Assembly: GCF_964355755.1 (NCBI RefSeq)
Contig: NC_092677.1
Span: 12,174,101-12,238,100, forward strand
DNA from: Antedon mediterranea
Lineage: Eukaryota; Animalia; Echinodermata
DNA: 64,000 bases
Direction: 5' to 3'
Shown: positions 62,532 through 64,000 of the stretch, in pieces
How positions within the stretch are numbered: position 1 is the first letter of the stretch
Layout of the letters: each line of letters starts with the position of its first letter
The notes under the pieces: generated by a model
Database searches by the model: none
Told to the model about the DNA's origin: nothing
What the model saw: only the letters and a program-made list of their open reading frames with translations
Made by a program: the position numbers and the translations under genes

Positions 62532-63033
62532 ATAGATATATAGACATTTTTTTCATCATCCTCCTTGTAATTTGAAAATTAAGATAAATGTTCAATTGCA
62601 ATTATGAGACAGTTTTGTATCTTATAGAGTAAAAACAAAGCTGATGTTAAGTACAGTATGACATGACCTTGTTGCTATGCAACTAAGATTTTCGTCAATT
62701 CATAGCTAGCTTTGTATTGGTTTTGCAACTGTAACTGTAGTTAATAATTTCAATTATAATACTTCTGTATCGATATATCAGAGAACTGACACGCGAGTTT
62801 TGTGCATGTTTTGTGTTACTATCAGTTAAATTTGTTATTTAACTAGGCAAGGCAAAGGTATCGAAATCAATATACATCTGGATATGGCTTCAGAATGCAT
62901 TGACCATGTACGAAGGTATTAACTGCAATCTTGAGTCGTATGGCAACAAAGCATGTGATGCGGTACCATGACATCAGAGTATAATACTCTATGTATACAA
63001 TTGAAATCTCATATTCGAACAGTTCATTGATAT

Positions 63034-63198
63034 TAGGCTCTTACTACACTATCAAACAAGTTTAACAAAAAACGTGTGATGTGCCCAAATATGGTAGTGA
63101 TATGCCCAAATATGGAAGCGATATGACATCATCATGTCCATATATGGGCACATCACATTTTGTTGTCACATAAAGTTTGATAGTCTAGACAGGGCTTT
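63034..63198. mobile_element. Same MITE family, copy 5, 8 bp from the kringle exon boundary
   Basis: aggctcttactacactatcaaac...gtttgatagtctagacagggcttt. Confidence 0.8.
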
Positions 63199-63206
63199 AT
63201 ACATAC

Positions 63207-63467
63207 CATCCTCAACGCTAGGACACAGTTCACTTGCAGTTCCAATATCACAGTACTCCCAAACCCCTGAATCTGTAGCTGTATAACACCATACTGTATA
63301 ATCTGATTCAGGGTTACGACAAAAGTTGTGGTCTCCCAGACCTGCATCTGGAGAATTTTCTGGAGTGAATAAATGTATACTGGATCCCCATCTGTGACAC
63401 ATTGAACCATACATCGTAGTGCTTCTTGAGCCTCGGTAATCCTCACCTTTTTCCATTTCGTAACATT
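63207..63467 (-). CDS. Kringle-domain exon (phase 1-1)
   Basis: CYEMEKGEDYRG...CHRW...NFCRNP...WCYT...WEYCDI; tttcag acceptor and G|gtatgt donor; 261 nt. Confidence 0.9.
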
Positions 63468-63574
63468 CTGAAATTCAATTAATTTTGTTGTGATGAAGTA
63501 AAGAAGTTTTAGTTTCTAGCTAAATAATCAGTGTGGATCTCTCACTCAACCATGACTGTAAATTTCTGAGCTTA

Positions 63575-63919
63575 TTTAAACCAAAGAACTTATAACACAA
63601 GAATCTCCTGTTCGTCCGAAGCGCGTAACAATTTCGAAAGGCATTGTGGGATAGAATAGAGCTATGGGTGGCGCCATTGTGAGCCATGGAGTAGGGCGCC
63701 CGCATCAAATTAGAAAGTCAAAATCATAGAGGGGATCTGCAAATACTCTAGGGGGGGGGGGGGGTAGAGTAATTGACTTCCTAGTTTGGAGGGGGCGCTT
63801 CTCCATGCTGTGAAATGGCGTCGCCCAGTTTGACCTTTTAACCCTGTACTTCCGATACTGTGTTTTGAATGCAAATTGAAGAACAGGAGATTCTTGTGTT
63901 ATAAGTTCTTTGATTTAAA
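63575..63919. mobile_element. MITE with ~39-bp near-perfect TIR
   Basis: tttaaaccaaagaacttataacacaagaatctcctgttc / gaacaggagattcttgtgttataagttctttgatttaaa. Confidence 0.85.
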
Positions 63920-64000
63920 CTTAAATTCAATTAATTACCATTTTATCTTTATATTATTCTACACTAAAAAATGTTTTATCTTTTTCAATTTTTGGATTGG

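Noticed and set aside
63751-63764. Poly-G run as a G-quadruplex regulatory site
   Set aside because: A single homopolymer inside a MITE, with no independent support.

Overview
AT-rich animal genomic DNA; an echinoderm-like marine invertebrate is my inference from the gene content. Left 30.2 kb: a tandem and nested array of about 27 non-autonomous Helentron/Helitron2 elements (HINE-like units of ~620 and ~830 bp). Inside it sits their apparent autonomous parent (~17330-29963). The parent encodes an STPR-repeat/Zn-finger/OTU/HUH-Rep/PIF1-helicase/EEP-endonuclease protein split by one 1-bp frameshift, plus a divergently transcribed, spliced 186-aa accessory ORF. The array looks built by insertion of elements into the (GTTT)n microsatellite next to their own 5' cap, with head-to-tail joins and later block duplications. 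It is seeded inside a HINE of a second family with different termini. Right 33 kb: a minus-strand gene of 17 predicted exons (signal peptide, C-type lectin x4, Tie-like Ig-Ig-EGF) that runs on into the array, plus an upstream kringle exon. Its introns hold RTE, Rex1/Babar and L2-type LINEs, canonical Helitrons and MITEs. One intron holds a nested insertion (HINE > RTE > Helitron plus a captured HYDIN intron-exon piece). All assignments are by eye; no database searches were run.
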